From an uncultured Candidatus Rokubacteria bacterium (lineage in GTDB: Bacteria; Methylomirabilota; Methylomirabilia; Rokubacteriales; DASRDR01): 64,000 nt of DNA. The first letter of the stretch is position 1; each line of letters opens with the position of its first letter. Under the pieces are notes generated by a model. It saw only the letters and a list, made by a program, of their open reading frames with translations. It did not search any database and was not told the DNA's origin. The translations under genes were made by a program, and so were the position numbers. Shown in pieces: positions 50,765-62,268 of this stretch. Where the stretch lies: the NCBI GenBank assembly GCA_963826115.1, contig CAWGVS010000007.1, forward strand, positions 128,001-192,000, in the 5' to 3' direction.

Positions 50765-51097
50765 CTACGTGGGCTCCCCGCCGGGCGGGCCGTAGAAGAC
50801 GACCCATGTCGCGAAGTCGTCGGAGAAGCCCTCGAAGCGATGCTCGACTTTCGCGGCGACGAAGAGCACGTCGCCGGGCCCGAAGGGGACGCGCTCGCCC
50901 CCGGCCACGAACGCGCCGCGTCCGCTCGCGACGACGTAGAGCTCGTCCTGGTCGTGCGGCGTCTGGAGATCGGCGCCCCGGGGCGCGTAGTAGCGGAGCT
51001 TCATGCTGCCGTGCTGCATGAGGAGCGCCGAGCGGGCTCCAGGCGGGATCGGCGCGACCTTGGCTTCCTCGATCGTCGAGCGGACCGGCTGGCTCAT
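50765..51097 (-). CDS. Cupin domain protein
   Basis: QTPHDQDELY, GDVLFV..HRF, WVVFYGP. SD GAGGAGG, ATG 51097. Confidence 0.9.
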   Translation of the reverse strand: MSQPVRSTIEEAKVAPIPPGARSALLMQHGSMKLRYYAPRGADLQTPHDQDELYVVASGRGAFVAGGERVPFGPGDVLFVAAKVEHRFEGFSDDFATWVVFYGPPGGEPT

Positions 51098-51134
51098 GGG
51101 ACGGCCTCCTCTCGGGAGTGTCGGGCGCGAGTCG

Positions 51135-52759
51135 TCAGCAGCCGAGCGCGAGTCCGTCCGCGCGGGGGTCGCCGCCCCCGACCAGGAGCCCGTCCGGCGC
51201 GAGCCGGAGGGCCTGGGCGTGGCCAGCCGTGTCGCTCCAGGCGTCGAGGACGCGCACGTCGTGGCCGCGGCCGGGCGAGGTCCGCCGCCACCCCGTCGCC
51301 GAACCGGCCCTCGATCGAGAGCGCGCGGGTGGGCGCGCCCCACGTCCGACCGTAGACCCACCGCGGCGCTTCCACGGCGGCCTGGACGTCGAGCCCCAAG
51401 TCGACGACGCGCGTCGCGACCGCGACGAGCGTCTGGGGCTGACCCTCGCCGCCCATCGTCCCCGCGACCAGCATCGGCCGGCCGTCGCGGAGATACATGA
51501 AGGGCGTGAGGGTGTGGAAGGGACGCTTCCCCGGCGCCAGGACGTTCGGGTGCGTCGGGTCGAGCGTGAAGCCCGCGCCGCGGTTCTGGAGCACGACGCC
51601 GGTCTCGCCCGCGATCACGCCCGAGCCCCACTCGTGGTAGATGCTCTGGATCAGGGACACGCAGTTCCCCTGCGCGTCCGCGGTCACGCAGGCGATCGTG
51701 TCGCCGCGCTCGACGCCGGAGGCGAGCGGCGCCGGGGCGGCCCGGTCCATCGCGATGCGCCGGCCGCGGTCGCGGAGGTATGCCGGGTCGAGGAGCCGCC
51801 CGAGCGGCACGGGGACCCGCTCCGGATCGGCGAGCCAGCGATCGCGGTCCCCGAAGGCGAGCTTCGTCGCCTCGACGGCCAGGTGCACGTAGTCCGCCGG
51901 GTCGGCCGCGCACGCGCGGACGTCCGCGCCCTCGAGCATCCCGAGGACCGCGAGCGCGACCAGCCCCTGGCAGGGCGGCGGCACCGTGGCGGCCACGCCC
52001 CCGCGATAGGGCACGGTGGCGGGCTCCGCCCAGCGCGAGCGGTGGGCGGCCAGATCGGCGGCGCGGAGCGGGCTCCCGACGGTCTCGCACGCGCGCCCGA
52101 TCTCCGCGGCGACGTCCCCCTCGTAGAAGGCGCGCCCGCCCTCGCGGGCGAGGCGCGCGAGCGTGCGCGCGAGGCCCGGCTGCCGCAGCGGCCGGCCCGG
52201 CGCCGGCGCCGCGTCGCCGTCGAGGTAGGCCCGCCGGAACGGCGCGAACGCGGGCTCCCGGGCTTGGAGCAGATCCCGCGCGCCCGCCGTGACGCGCGCC
52301 TGGCACGGCGAGACGGGAATCCCGTCCGCCGCGTGCCGGATCGCGGGCTCGAGGAGATCGCCCCAGGAGATCGTCGAGCCGAGCCGCTCCCGGCTGAACT
52401 GGTGAGCCGACCACAGACCGTCCGGGGCCCCGGGCACCGTGAGCGCCGCCAGGGGGCCGCGCGTGGGGATGGCCTCGTGGCCGTGGCGACGATAGAGCTC
52501 CGGCGTCGCCGCCGCCGCCGCGGGGCCGGCGGCCTGGAGCGCCGACAGGCGAGCTGCGCGCGCGTCCCAGCAGAGCCAGAAGCTGTCGCCGCCGAGCCCC
52601 GTCATGTGCGGATAGACGACGGCGATCGCGGCGCCGACGGCAACGGCCGCGTCGACGGCGGTGCCGCCGTGCTGCAGGACCTCGAGTCCGGCGAGGGTGG
52701 CGAGCGGATGGGGGGAAGCGACGACCCCGCGGCGCCCCAGGGCGGCGGGCCAGCGGGTC

Positions 52760-52767
<8 letters not shown>
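51135..52767 (-). CDS. ggt: Gamma-glutamyltransferase with a +1 frameshift near the 3' end
   Basis: GGTAVDAA, TGLGGD, TVPG, GDT nucleophile, QNRG, PGKRPFHTL, GTMGG. The conserved GHAQ...DPRADG tail is in another frame after about 51270. Confidence 0.9.
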
Positions 52768-54151
<1,384 letters not shown>

Positions 54152-54167
54152 GGCTCGTTCCCCCGCC

Positions 54168-56498
54168 TCAGGCCGGTCCCGCCTGCCGCGGGGCCCCGGC
54201 CACGTCGAGCGCGGGCGCCGGGATCGCCGGCGCGGTCCCGCGCAGCACGGGCAGCTCGATGATGAAGCGCGTCCCGCGCGGCGCGTTGTCCTCGACGCGG
54301 ATGCGCCCGCCGTGGTCGGTCACGATCTGGTGGACGATGGGCAGGCCGAGACCCATCCCCGTCGTCTTCGTCGAGAAGTACGGCAGGAACACGCGGTCGC
54401 GGAGCTCCGGGGGAATCCCGGGCCCGTTGTCGGAGATCGTGATCTCGACGTTCTCGCCCTGGGGCCACCGGGTCGCGATCACGACCTCCGTCGCGCCCGC
54501 CTCCACGGCGTTGTCCACGAGATTCAGCATGGCCCGCTTGAGCTGGTCGCCGTCCGCGTCGAGGGTCGGGACCTCGGTGGCGAAGTCCCCGCGGAGCTGG
54601 ATGTTGCGGTGCGTCTCGCCGTAAAGGCCGAGCACGCTCTCCAGCAGGCGGTGGAGGTCCGTCGGCTTGGGCGTGAAGCTCGGCATGCGCGCGAACCGCG
54701 AGAACTCGTCCACCAGGCGGCGCAGCCCCTCCACCTCGCCGATGATGGTGGCGGTGCACTCCTCGAGCAGACCCCCGTCCTCGGCCAGCCGGCCGCCAAG
54801 GCGGCGCCGGAGGCGCTGAGCCGAGAGCTGGATGGGGGTCAGCGGGTTCTTGATCTCGTGGGCGATGCGCTGCGCGACCTCGCGCCACGCCGCGAGCCGC
54901 TGGGCGGCGAGGAGCTCGGTGAGGTCGTCGAACACCAGCACGATACCGAGGTGCTCGCCGGCGGGCCCACCGAGCGCGGTGAGGCTCGCCAGGAGCGTGA
55001 GGCTCTTCCCGTCGAGCGGGAGCTTGAGCTCGCGCTCGACCGTGCCCGCGCGGAGGCGCTCCATCCGCTCCATGAGCGTCACGAGGTCGAGGTACGCCGA
55101 CGCCCCGAAGGCCACCGCGTACGGCTTCCCCACCGCCGCGGTCGGCGCGAGCCCCAGCATCCGGCTCGCCGCGCGGTTCACGGTGGTCACGATGCCCGCG
55201 GCGTCGGTGGACACCACGCCCGTCGCCACGGCCTGCAGCACCGTCTCGGTGTACTGGCGCCGCTCGCCGAGCTCGGCGTGCTTGGCCTGGAGGTCCGCGT
55301 ACGCGAGCTCGAGCTCCGCCTTCGAGGACTTGAGGTCCGTCGTCATCTGGTTGAAGGACTCCACCAGGATGCCGACCTCGTCATCCGCCTGGGCGGTCAC
55401 GCGGAAGTCGAGGTTGCCCGCCGCGACCTCGCGCGTGCCCTGGGCCAAGAGCTGGATCGGGACCGTGATGCCGCGGGCGAGGTAGAGCCCGAACCAGGTG
55501 ACGGAGAACACGATGACCAGGGTCATCAGGAGGAACAGCAGGATGTAGATGCCCTTGATCGGCTGCCGCAGGAGCTTGAGCTGCTTGTACTCCTGGAACG
55601 CCTGGGCGATGCCCCGTACCTGCGCCTCGAGCCGCTGGGGCACGTGGATCGCGACCACCGTGACGCCGACCACCCGCGGCGGGTCGCCGGGCGCCACCAC
55701 GGGCACCATGCCCTGGATGAGGTCCCCGGTGGAGATCTCGCGCCGCGTGGAGAGCTCCCGGCCCGCCAGGGCCATCCGGACCTGCTCGGAGTTCACCACC
55801 GTCTCGAGCGAGGGAACCAGGACGGGGTCGTTCACGTGAACGATCTCGTGGCCCCCCGGCCCGTAGAGCGCGATGCCGGCCAGTCCGTACTGCTCGGTCT
55901 GCTCCTGCAGGAACTCGATCAGGTCCTCGCGTCGGTCCTCGGGGAGGAGGCCGTCGCGGGTGAGCGTCCGCGCCACGTACTGGCCGTGCCGGACTGCCTC
56001 GTCCTGGACGCGCTCGTAGAAGGTCTGGGCGACCCGCATCGACTCGTCGAGCGGGCGCTCGACCTGGATCTTGAACCAGCCCTCGATCGACGTGTTGATG
56101 AGGTTCGACGCGATCAGGAAGATGAGGATGGCCGGCGCGAGCGCCAGCGACAGGAACGCCGCGACCAGCTTGGTCTTGAAGCGCGAGCCGAGCACCTTGT
56201 TGCGGCGCTCGAACCAGAGCTTGGCGAGATTCCGGAAGAGGAGGATCAGGAGCAGCAGGAAGACGATCAGGTTCAGGTTGAAGAGCGCGATGACGACGAC
56301 GTTCGATGCGACCGGGATGTCCGGGAGCCGGACCCCGACCTCCACCGCGGTGGCCACCACCAGGAGGAGGAGCACCGCAACGATGATGACGAGGTTGCGC
56401 TTCCGCTTCTCGCGGTCGTCCGGCGGCCGGACGCCGACCGGCGGGAGCGCCGGGATCGGCGGCGCCACGGGCGTCGTGGTCGGCTCCGTCGCGCTCAT
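54168..56498 (-). CDS. ntrY: NtrY-like sensor histidine kinase
   Basis: Several N-terminal TM helices, HAMP, PAS, AWREVAQRIAHEIKNPLTPIQLSAQRL. Start ATG 56498. Confidence 0.92.
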   Translation of the reverse strand: MSATEPTTTPVAPPIPALPPVGVRPPDDREKRKRNLVIIVAVLLLLVVATAVEVGVRLPDIPVASNVVVIALFNLNLIVFLLLLILLFRNLAKLWFERRNKVLGSRFKTKLVAAFLSLALAPAILIFLIASNLINTSIEGWFKIQVERPLDESMRVAQTFYERVQDEAVRHGQYVARTLTRDGLLPEDRREDLIEFLQEQTEQYGLAGIALYGPGGHEIVHVNDPVLVPSLETVVNSEQVRMALAGRELSTRREISTGDLIQGMVPVVAPGDPPRVVGVTVVAIHVPQRLEAQVRGIAQAFQEYKQLKLLRQPIKGIYILLFLLMTLVIVFSVTWFGLYLARGITVPIQLLAQGTREVAAGNLDFRVTAQADDEVGILVESFNQMTTDLKSSKAELELAYADLQAKHAELGERRQYTETVLQAVATGVVSTDAAGIVTTVNRAASRMLGLAPTAAVGKPYAVAFGASAYLDLVTLMERMERLRAGTVERELKLPLDGKSLTLLASLTALGGPAGEHLGIVLVFDDLTELLAAQRLAAWREVAQRIAHEIKNPLTPIQLSAQRLRRRLGGRLAEDGGLLEECTATIIGEVEGLRRLVDEFSRFARMPSFTPKPTDLHRLLESVLGLYGETHRNIQLRGDFATEVPTLDADGDQLKRAMLNLVDNAVEAGATEVVIATRWPQGENVEITISDNGPGIPPELRDRVFLPYFSTKTTGMGLGLPIVHQIVTDHGGRIRVEDNAPRGTRFIIELPVLRGTAPAIPAPALDVAGAPRQAGPA

Positions 56499-57085
56499 CG
56501 CACACGCCGGAGCGTGAGGAGCGGCGTCTGCTCCCACGGCGTCTCGGACCGCGAGGACACGAACGGAAGGATCCGGGAGACGGAGGCGTCCGGCGCCCCG
56601 GAACGGACCTCGGCGCGCACCCGGACGTAGTAGAGCTCGTCCAGGTTGAGGTGCGTCACCTGGGTCAGCTTGAAGCCTCGGAGCTCTGACAGCACACGCT
56701 CGGCCTCCCAGACGTCACGGGTGACGTAGGCCTCCCGCTCCTCGCCCTGGACCGGCGTGACACGGAACTCCTTCGTCAGGACGTCGTAGACGACCTGCCG
56801 TTCCACCAGCTTCGCCACCACCCGGCGATCGACCCACCAGGAGTTGTACTGCCACAGTTCCAGCTGAAAGCGTACCGCGGCCGGGATCCCAGTCCCCAAC
56901 CCCTCGACGATGCCCTCGGGCATGGCGCCCAGCAGGACCAGGTCCACCAGGAGGTTGCTGTCCGAATTCGTGACACCAAGGTTCGAGATGCGGAAGGGCG
57001 GAGCGGCCCCCGACGCCGTTCCCGCCACGAGCAGGAGCCCCAGCGCGACCGCCAGGTTCCTGGTCGGCCAAGGCCGCCTGGACAT
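56495..57085 (-). CDS. DUF4390 domain protein
   Basis: Signal peptide, G.P..F.LEL, WWVD, YDVLT; typical position upstream of ntrY. Confidence 0.8.
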   Translation of the reverse strand: MSRRPWPTRNLAVALGLLLVAGTASGAAPPFRISNLGVTNSDSNLLVDLVLLGAMPEGIVEGLGTGIPAAVRFQLELWQYNSWWVDRRVVAKLVERQVVYDVLTKEFRVTPVQGEEREAYVTRDVWEAERVLSELRGFKLTQVTHLNLDELYYVRVRAEVRSGAPDASVSRILPFVSSRSETPWEQTPLLTLRRVR

Positions 57086-57093
57086 AGCGGGAC

Positions 57094-57099
57094 ATTATA
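57094..57099 (-). promoter_or_regulatory. Consensus -10 box before DUF4390 (leaderless-type)
   Basis: TATAAT 8 nt upstream of ATG 57085, no SD. Confidence 0.6.
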
Positions 57100-57169
57100 G
57101 CCTGTGGCTCTCTGCGGGGCTCCGCCGCGGGTGCGGCGGCGAGACAGCGACCCGGCCGGGAAGGTCCCC

Positions 57170-58090
57170 TTAGTGGGTGGCGACGCGCGGGCGTCGCCGC
57201 GCAGCGCCTTCCCACGCCGCCTCGACGTGAACCGGGGTCCGCCGCGGCGCGACATCCTCCCACCGCCGCGCGGCCTTCACGATCTCGCGGACGAGGAGGT
57301 GGTTCAGCGCGTGCCCGGCGTTCCGCGCCACGACGTGACCCAGCATCGGACGGCCGACCAGGGACAGGTCCCCGATGACGTCGAGGATCTTGTGGCGGAC
57401 GAACTCGTCCTGGAACCGGAGGGCGCCGTTCAGGATCCGCTCCTGCCCGACCACGACGGCGTTGGAGAGGTTGCCGCCGAGCGCCAGGCCCTGTTGCCGG
57501 AGGAGCTCGAGGTCCTTCAGGAAGCCGTAGGTCCGGGCGGGCGCGAGCTCCTCGACGAAGACCCGCTCGGACGGCACGAACGACGCGACCTGAACCCCCA
57601 CCGCGGGATGCTCGTGGTCGAGCGTGTAGCTGATGCGGAACTCGGACGCCGGCAGGATCTGGAGCCAGCGGTGCTCGTCGCCCACCCGGATGGGCTCGGC
57701 CACGCGGAGCGGCTGGGGCCGCACGGCGACCTGCGCCTCGCGTCCCGCCGTGTAGAGCAGCGCGACGAAGGGCGCGGAGCTGCCGTCCACCGCGGGCAGC
57801 TCGGGGCCGTCCAGCTCGATCACCAGATTGTCGATCCCGAGGCCGCGCACCGCCGCCAGGAGGTGCTCGACGGTCTGGATCTGCACGCCGTCGGCCCCGA
57901 TGGTGGTCGCGTAGTGACCGTTGATGAGCGACTCCGGACACACCGGGACGCGCACGCGCTCGCGGCCCACCACGAACACCACGCCGTGGTCCGGCGGGGC
58001 CGGCAGGAGCGCCATCGTGACCGGCACCCCGGTGTGCAGTCCCACGCCCTCGCAGGTCACCGGCTTCCGGATCGAGTGCTGAAGCTCCAT
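57170..58090 (-). CDS. lpxC: UDP-3-O-acyl-N-acetylglucosamine deacetylase
   Basis: GVGLHTG, TVEHLLAA, ARTYGF, HKILDVIGDL, GH. Confidence 0.97.
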   Translation of the reverse strand: MELQHSIRKPVTCEGVGLHTGVPVTMALLPAPPDHGVVFVVGRERVRVPVCPESLINGHYATTIGADGVQIQTVEHLLAAVRGLGIDNLVIELDGPELPAVDGSSAPFVALLYTAGREAQVAVRPQPLRVAEPIRVGDEHRWLQILPASEFRISYTLDHEHPAVGVQVASFVPSERVFVEELAPARTYGFLKDLELLRQQGLALGGNLSNAVVVGQERILNGALRFQDEFVRHKILDVIGDLSLVGRPMLGHVVARNAGHALNHLLVREIVKAARRWEDVAPRRTPVHVEAAWEGAARRRPRVATH

Positions 58091-58128
58091 CAGTCAGGGA
58101 CCCTCCATGGTCCCGGGCGGGGGACTAG

Positions 58129-58144
58129 AGCAAGGGAGGTGCCA
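58129..58144 (-). promoter_or_regulatory. Sigma-54 (-24/-12) promoter upstream of lpxC
   Basis: TGGCAC-CTCCC-TTGCT, an exact consensus and spacing, 38 nt upstream of the ATG. Confidence 0.85.
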
Positions 58145-58295
58145 GCGCACCCACCGATGATACGCGACTGGCAAGTATGCGGAATCTCGATCTCATTCCT
58201 AAGGCCCTCCCGATCCGTTCTCCATCCTGCGAGCGAATCGTTGCACCGTAACAGCACGATGCGAGGGCCGATGTTTCCCATGCGCAACGGACACG

Positions 58296-58718
58296 TCAGA
58301 TGTCGAGCACTACCCGCGCGGTCACCCGCCCCGGGGTTTCGCGGACCTCCAGCCCATCGGGCGTGGCTGCCTTCACCACGGTCCCGCGGGGGTGCCGCGC
58401 GGGGTCCAGGGGCTCGCCGTGGAGCACCGCGTGGACGCCCGTGCTCGTGACCTCGGGTCGGGTCACATCGGACACGACGAAGCCTTCGAGGTCGTGGACG
58501 TAGAGGCACTCGTTCAGCCAGTTCACGAGGAGCGCTTCGACCGACGCGCCACGCGCCGCCACCTCGCGGCTCTCCCGGACCTCGACGGCGCCGGTCGCCA
58601 CGATCAGGTTGAAGACGCCGAGCGCGCACTGGCGTAGGCATCCCGGCAGGTCGGGTCCCCACGCCGCCACGCCGACGGCCGGCGCCGCGTCGAAGTACTC
58701 GTAGCCGCCCGAGGTCAT
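58296..58718 (-). CDS. Archease-family protein (degenerate)
   Basis: YEYFD..VGV.AWG, LLVNWLNE.LY, GEPLDP.RH..VKAAT, C-terminal LDI. Start ATG 58718. Confidence 0.88.
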   Translation of the reverse strand: MTSGGYEYFDAAPAVGVAAWGPDLPGCLRQCALGVFNLIVATGAVEVRESREVAARGASVEALLVNWLNECLYVHDLEGFVVSDVTRPEVTSTGVHAVLHGEPLDPARHPRGTVVKAATPDGLEVRETPGRVTARVVLDI

Positions 58719-59461
58719 CCGCGCGGCCCCCCGAGGTCCCCGAAGAGGTACTGACAGAGGGCGACCGCGGCGACGCCGGCCGACTCCGCGCGGAGGATGC
58801 GGGGTCCCAGGCTCACGACGCGCGCGCCGGCGCCCTCGGCCGCCGCCACCTCCTCGGCGGTGAAGCCGCCCTCGGGCCCGATCAGGAGCAAGAGGCGGGC
58901 GGGCGCGCCGGCGTCCGCCGCCGTCCGGGCGAGCGCTCCGCCCCCACCCTCCCACAGGAGCCACGCGGCGTCGTGCGCGCCGATCTCGCGCGTCACCTCG
59001 GCGAAGGTCCGGATGGGCTCGATGACCGGGACCACCACCCGCCCGCACTGCTTGACCGCCTCGCGCGCGATCCGCTCCCAGCGCGCCGGGCGGGCCGCCG
59101 GCCCGCCCGCGGGCCGCGCCACGACGCGCGCGGTCTCCACGGGGACGATCCGCGCCACGCCGAGCTCCGTCGCCTTCTGGACGAGCCAGCTCATCCGATC
59201 GCCCTTCAAGACCGCCTGGGCCAGCGTGATCGCGCACGGCGACTCCCGCCGGGGCTCAGCCCGCGCCTCGATCGCGCCCCATCCGCCGGCGGCGTCGAGC
59301 GCGACGAGCCGCACCGTGTAGAGACGTCCGCTGCCGTCCGTCGCCTCGACGACCGCGCCCGGCCGGAGCCGGAGTACCCGTCGGAGGTGGTGCGCCTCGT
59401 CGGCGTCGAACCGGACGCGGTCCGCGCCGACGGCGGCGGGGCGGACAAAGACCAGGGGCAC
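58715..59461 (-). CDS. rsmE: 16S rRNA m3U1498 methyltransferase
   Basis: HLRRVLRL, KATELGV, EAVKQCGR, IGPEGG, LGPRILRAE. Confidence 0.97.
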   Translation of the reverse strand: MPLVFVRPAAVGADRVRFDADEAHHLRRVLRLRPGAVVEATDGSGRLYTVRLVALDAAGGWGAIEARAEPRRESPCAITLAQAVLKGDRMSWLVQKATELGVARIVPVETARVVARPAGGPAARPARWERIAREAVKQCGRVVVPVIEPIRTFAEVTREIGAHDAAWLLWEGGGGALARTAADAGAPARLLLLIGPEGGFTAEEVAAAEGAGARVVSLGPRILRAESAGVAAVALCQYLFGDLGGPRG

Positions 59462-59497
59462 GCGCTCACCCGGTCCCGGCGCGCCGAGCCATGGCGC

Positions 59498-60415
59498 TCA
59501 GCCGCCCCGGCGCAGGAGCACGGCCGCCCATCCATCCGCCTCGGCAACCTCGACGAGCCAGCACCCCGCGGCCGCGAAGGTGCCGGACACGATCGGCACC
59601 TCGTGCGCGAGGAGACCGCCCGCGATCAGGCTGCCGCCCGGCGTCACGAGGGCCGCGAGCGCGGGCGCGAGGGTGACGTGGGCCGCCGCCAGGAGATTCG
59701 CGAGGACGAGCGGCACGGCGGGGCCCGCCCAGGCGTCGGCGGCGGCGAGCGCCGCGTGGACGCGGTCCGCCACGCCGTTTCGCCGGGCGTTCTCCTCGGT
59801 CGCGGCAACCGCGTCGGGATCGACGTCGATGGCGTCCACGCGCGGGACGCCGAGCCGGGCCGCGGCGATCGCGAGGATACCCGAGCCGCAGCCGACGTCG
59901 AGCACGGGACGCGCGGACGTCGCCGCGAGCGCCCGATCGAGGAGCTCGAGACAGCTCCGGGTGGACCCGTGGCCGCCGGTGCCGAAGGCCCGCCCCGGCT
60001 CGATCAGCACGACCACGCGGCCGGCCGCGAGCGCGGGCGGCGGCGTCTCCCAGGGGGGGCACACGAGCAAGCGCCGCCCGACCGGGATCGGCCGGAAGTG
60101 GGCGCGCCACGCGTCCGCCCACGGCTCGTCGGGCAAGGGCGCGACGTCGACGCGCGCCGCCGCGCCCGGGAGCCCGAGGGCGGCGAGCTCGCCCAGGTAG
60201 TCCCGGAGCGTCGCCGCCCGCGCCGGCGCGTCGGTGCCCGGCGGGAAGAAGGCGCGGAGCGCGGCCGCGTCGCCCGCGGCCTCCTCCACGACGCCGACCG
60301 CCCCCAGCTCCCACAGGCGGTTCGTCACGGCCTCCGTCGTCTCGGCGGCGTCGGCGCCGAGCGTCACCGTCAGCTCCCAGTACTCGGCGGCCGCCGGGGC
60401 GGCGGGCTTCGGCAT
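59498..60415 (-). CDS. prmA: Ribosomal protein L11 methyltransferase
   Basis: W...W..HF.P, EPGRAFGTG.H.ST, LDVGCGSGIL, LANL. Confidence 0.95.
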   Translation of the reverse strand: MPKPAAPAAAEYWELTVTLGADAAETTEAVTNRLWELGAVGVVEEAAGDAAALRAFFPPGTDAPARAATLRDYLGELAALGLPGAAARVDVAPLPDEPWADAWRAHFRPIPVGRRLLVCPPWETPPPALAAGRVVVLIEPGRAFGTGGHGSTRSCLELLDRALAATSARPVLDVGCGSGILAIAAARLGVPRVDAIDVDPDAVAATEENARRNGVADRVHAALAAADAWAGPAVPLVLANLLAAAHVTLAPALAALVTPGGSLIAGGLLAHEVPIVSGTFAAAGCWLVEVAEADGWAAVLLRRGG

Positions 60416-60430
60416 GTCTCGCGCCGTCGG

Positions 60431-60856
60431 CTACTCGCGCCGCTCGAGGTGCATGCGGAGGGCCCGCCCGCCGGAGGTCACGTGGGTGCCCTCGAGCACG
60501 GTCGGCTTCACGAGCTTGAGCGTCACGTGGAGCGCCTCCGGGGTGATGAACTCCACGGTCACCGTGGGGTCCACGACCGTGACGTCGACGGCGACGCGGG
60601 CGACCTTGTCGGCCGTCACCCCGTAGGTCCCGTCCGCCTTCCACTTGGCGACCCCGGGCGCGCTCGAGGCGTCCTGGCGCACGTTCCGGAGGGTCAGGAC
60701 TCGCGACGGCATGTGACGGGGGCTCGGCACCTCCGTGGTGCCTTCCCAGCGGCCGGTCAGGATCGCCGCGACGTCCACCTCGGCGCCGGCCGGCGCAGCC
60801 AGCAGGATCCACCCGGCGAGCGCCATGCTCCAGGCCGCGAGCCGTCCGCGTCTCAT
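60431..60856 (-). CDS. Secreted hypothetical protein (beta-rich)
   Basis: Signal peptide ending AGA-E, LTGRWEG, SD-like GGAAAGGA. Confidence 0.7.
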   Translation of the reverse strand: MRRGRLAAWSMALAGWILLAAPAGAEVDVAAILTGRWEGTTEVPSPRHMPSRVLTLRNVRQDASSAPGVAKWKADGTYGVTADKVARVAVDVTVVDPTVTVEFITPEALHVTLKLVKPTVLEGTHVTSGGRALRMHLERRE

Positions 60857-61015
60857 CGTCGTCCTTTCCCGCCCCGGCGGGCGCGCCGGCGGCGGGCCGG
60901 CCGTCTGACCCTACTCCGCCCCGGCCGGCGACGCCAGGCGGGCCCCAGCCGCGGCCGGAGCGCCGCGAAGCACGAGGCCAACCGGGTCGATCCTGTAGAA
61001 TCGCTGAGGCGTCTC

Positions 61016-62236
61016 ATGCGATCGGCCACGTGGCGCGCGCACTTCGACCGTCTCTTGGCTCCGGCCGAGAGCCCGCCGTGGTCGAACCGGATCACGAACG
61101 CAGCCCTCATGGCGCTCATCCTCGTGAGCGTCGTGGCGGCCGTGCTCGAGACGGTCGACGACCTCCCGCCGCGGATCACCTGGCTCCTCCACCTGGCCGA
61201 GGCCTTCGCGGTGGCGGCGATGGCCGTCGAGTACGTGCTCCGCGTCTGGGCGGCGCCCGAGCGCGAGGCCATCGGGACGCGCGAGCCCTGGCAGGCGCGG
61301 CTCCACTACGCGACCTCGTTCGTCGGGCTCGTCGACCTCTTCGCCGTCCTCCCGGCCCTCGTGGCAATGGTGGTCCCGATCCCCCCGGACGCCCTGCGGC
61401 TCCTGCGGGTGCTGCGGCTCCTCAAGCTCGTCCGCTACACGCCGGCGCTGACGCTGTTCGCGGCGGTGATGCGGAACGAGAGCCGCGCGCTTCTCGCGAC
61501 GCTCCTGGTCGTGATCGTGCTCCTGGTCCTCGAGGCGTCGATCATGTACGTCCTCGAGCGCGAGGCGCAGCCCAAGGTCTTCGCGAGCATCCCCCACGCG
61601 ATGTGGTGGGCCATCGTGACGATCGCGACGGTCGGCTACGGCGACATGTTCCCGATCACGGCCCTGGGCAAGGTCTTCGGCGGCATGGTCATGGTGATCG
61701 GGATCGCCGTCTTCGCGGTGCCGGCCGGTATCCTCGCCACCGGCTTCGCGAGCGAGATCCGCAAGCGCGACTTCGTCGTCACCTGGCAGACCGTCGCCAA
61801 CGTGCCGCTGTTCACCGGCCTGGACGCGGCGCGGATCGCCGAGATCGCCCGGCTGCTGAAGCGCCAGGTGGTCCCGGCTCAGTTCGCCGTGGTCCGACGC
61901 GGGGATCCGGCCGACGCGATGTTCTTCATCATGTCCGGCGAAGTCCAGGTCGACATCGCGCCGACGCCGGTCCGCCTGGGCCGCGGCCAGTACTTCGGCG
62001 AGATCGCCCTGATCCGCGACACGGTGCGAACGGCGACGGTGAGCACGCTCGCCGAGTGCCAGCTCCTGTCGCTGGACGTGGCCGACTTCCGGCGGCTCCT
62101 CGAGAACAACCCCAGCCTCAAGGCGACCATCACCCGGACCGCCGAGGAGCGTCTCGGCGTCCTGACGGGGACGGCCACGACGGGGCATGCGGGGCTCACG
62201 CCGGGCGATCCGCCCGCCGGCCGGCCGCGCGCCTGA
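61016..62236 (+). CDS. Cyclic nucleotide-gated potassium channel (6TM + cNMP domain)
   Basis: S4 RLLRVLRLLK, selectivity filter TVGYGD, cNMP motif FGEIALI..RTATV. Start ATG 61016. Confidence 0.95.
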   Translation: MRSATWRAHFDRLLAPAESPPWSNRITNAALMALILVSVVAAVLETVDDLPPRITWLLHLAEAFAVAAMAVEYVLRVWAAPEREAIGTREPWQARLHYATSFVGLVDLFAVLPALVAMVVPIPPDALRLLRVLRLLKLVRYTPALTLFAAVMRNESRALLATLLVVIVLLVLEASIMYVLEREAQPKVFASIPHAMWWAIVTIATVGYGDMFPITALGKVFGGMVMVIGIAVFAVPAGILATGFASEIRKRDFVVTWQTVANVPLFTGLDAARIAEIARLLKRQVVPAQFAVVRRGDPADAMFFIMSGEVQVDIAPTPVRLGRGQYFGEIALIRDTVRTATVSTLAECQLLSLDVADFRRLLENNPSLKATITRTAEERLGVLTGTATTGHAGLTPGDPPAGRPRA

Positions 62237-62268
62237 TCCCCCGACCGACCACGGCCTCGCCGACGGCC

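Noticed and set aside
58973-61015. Apparent 1087-aa giant potassium channel
   Set aside because: The upstream part is the antisense shadow of rsmE, prmA and the secreted protein. The channel starts at ATG 61016, after a TAGAAT box and GAGG.
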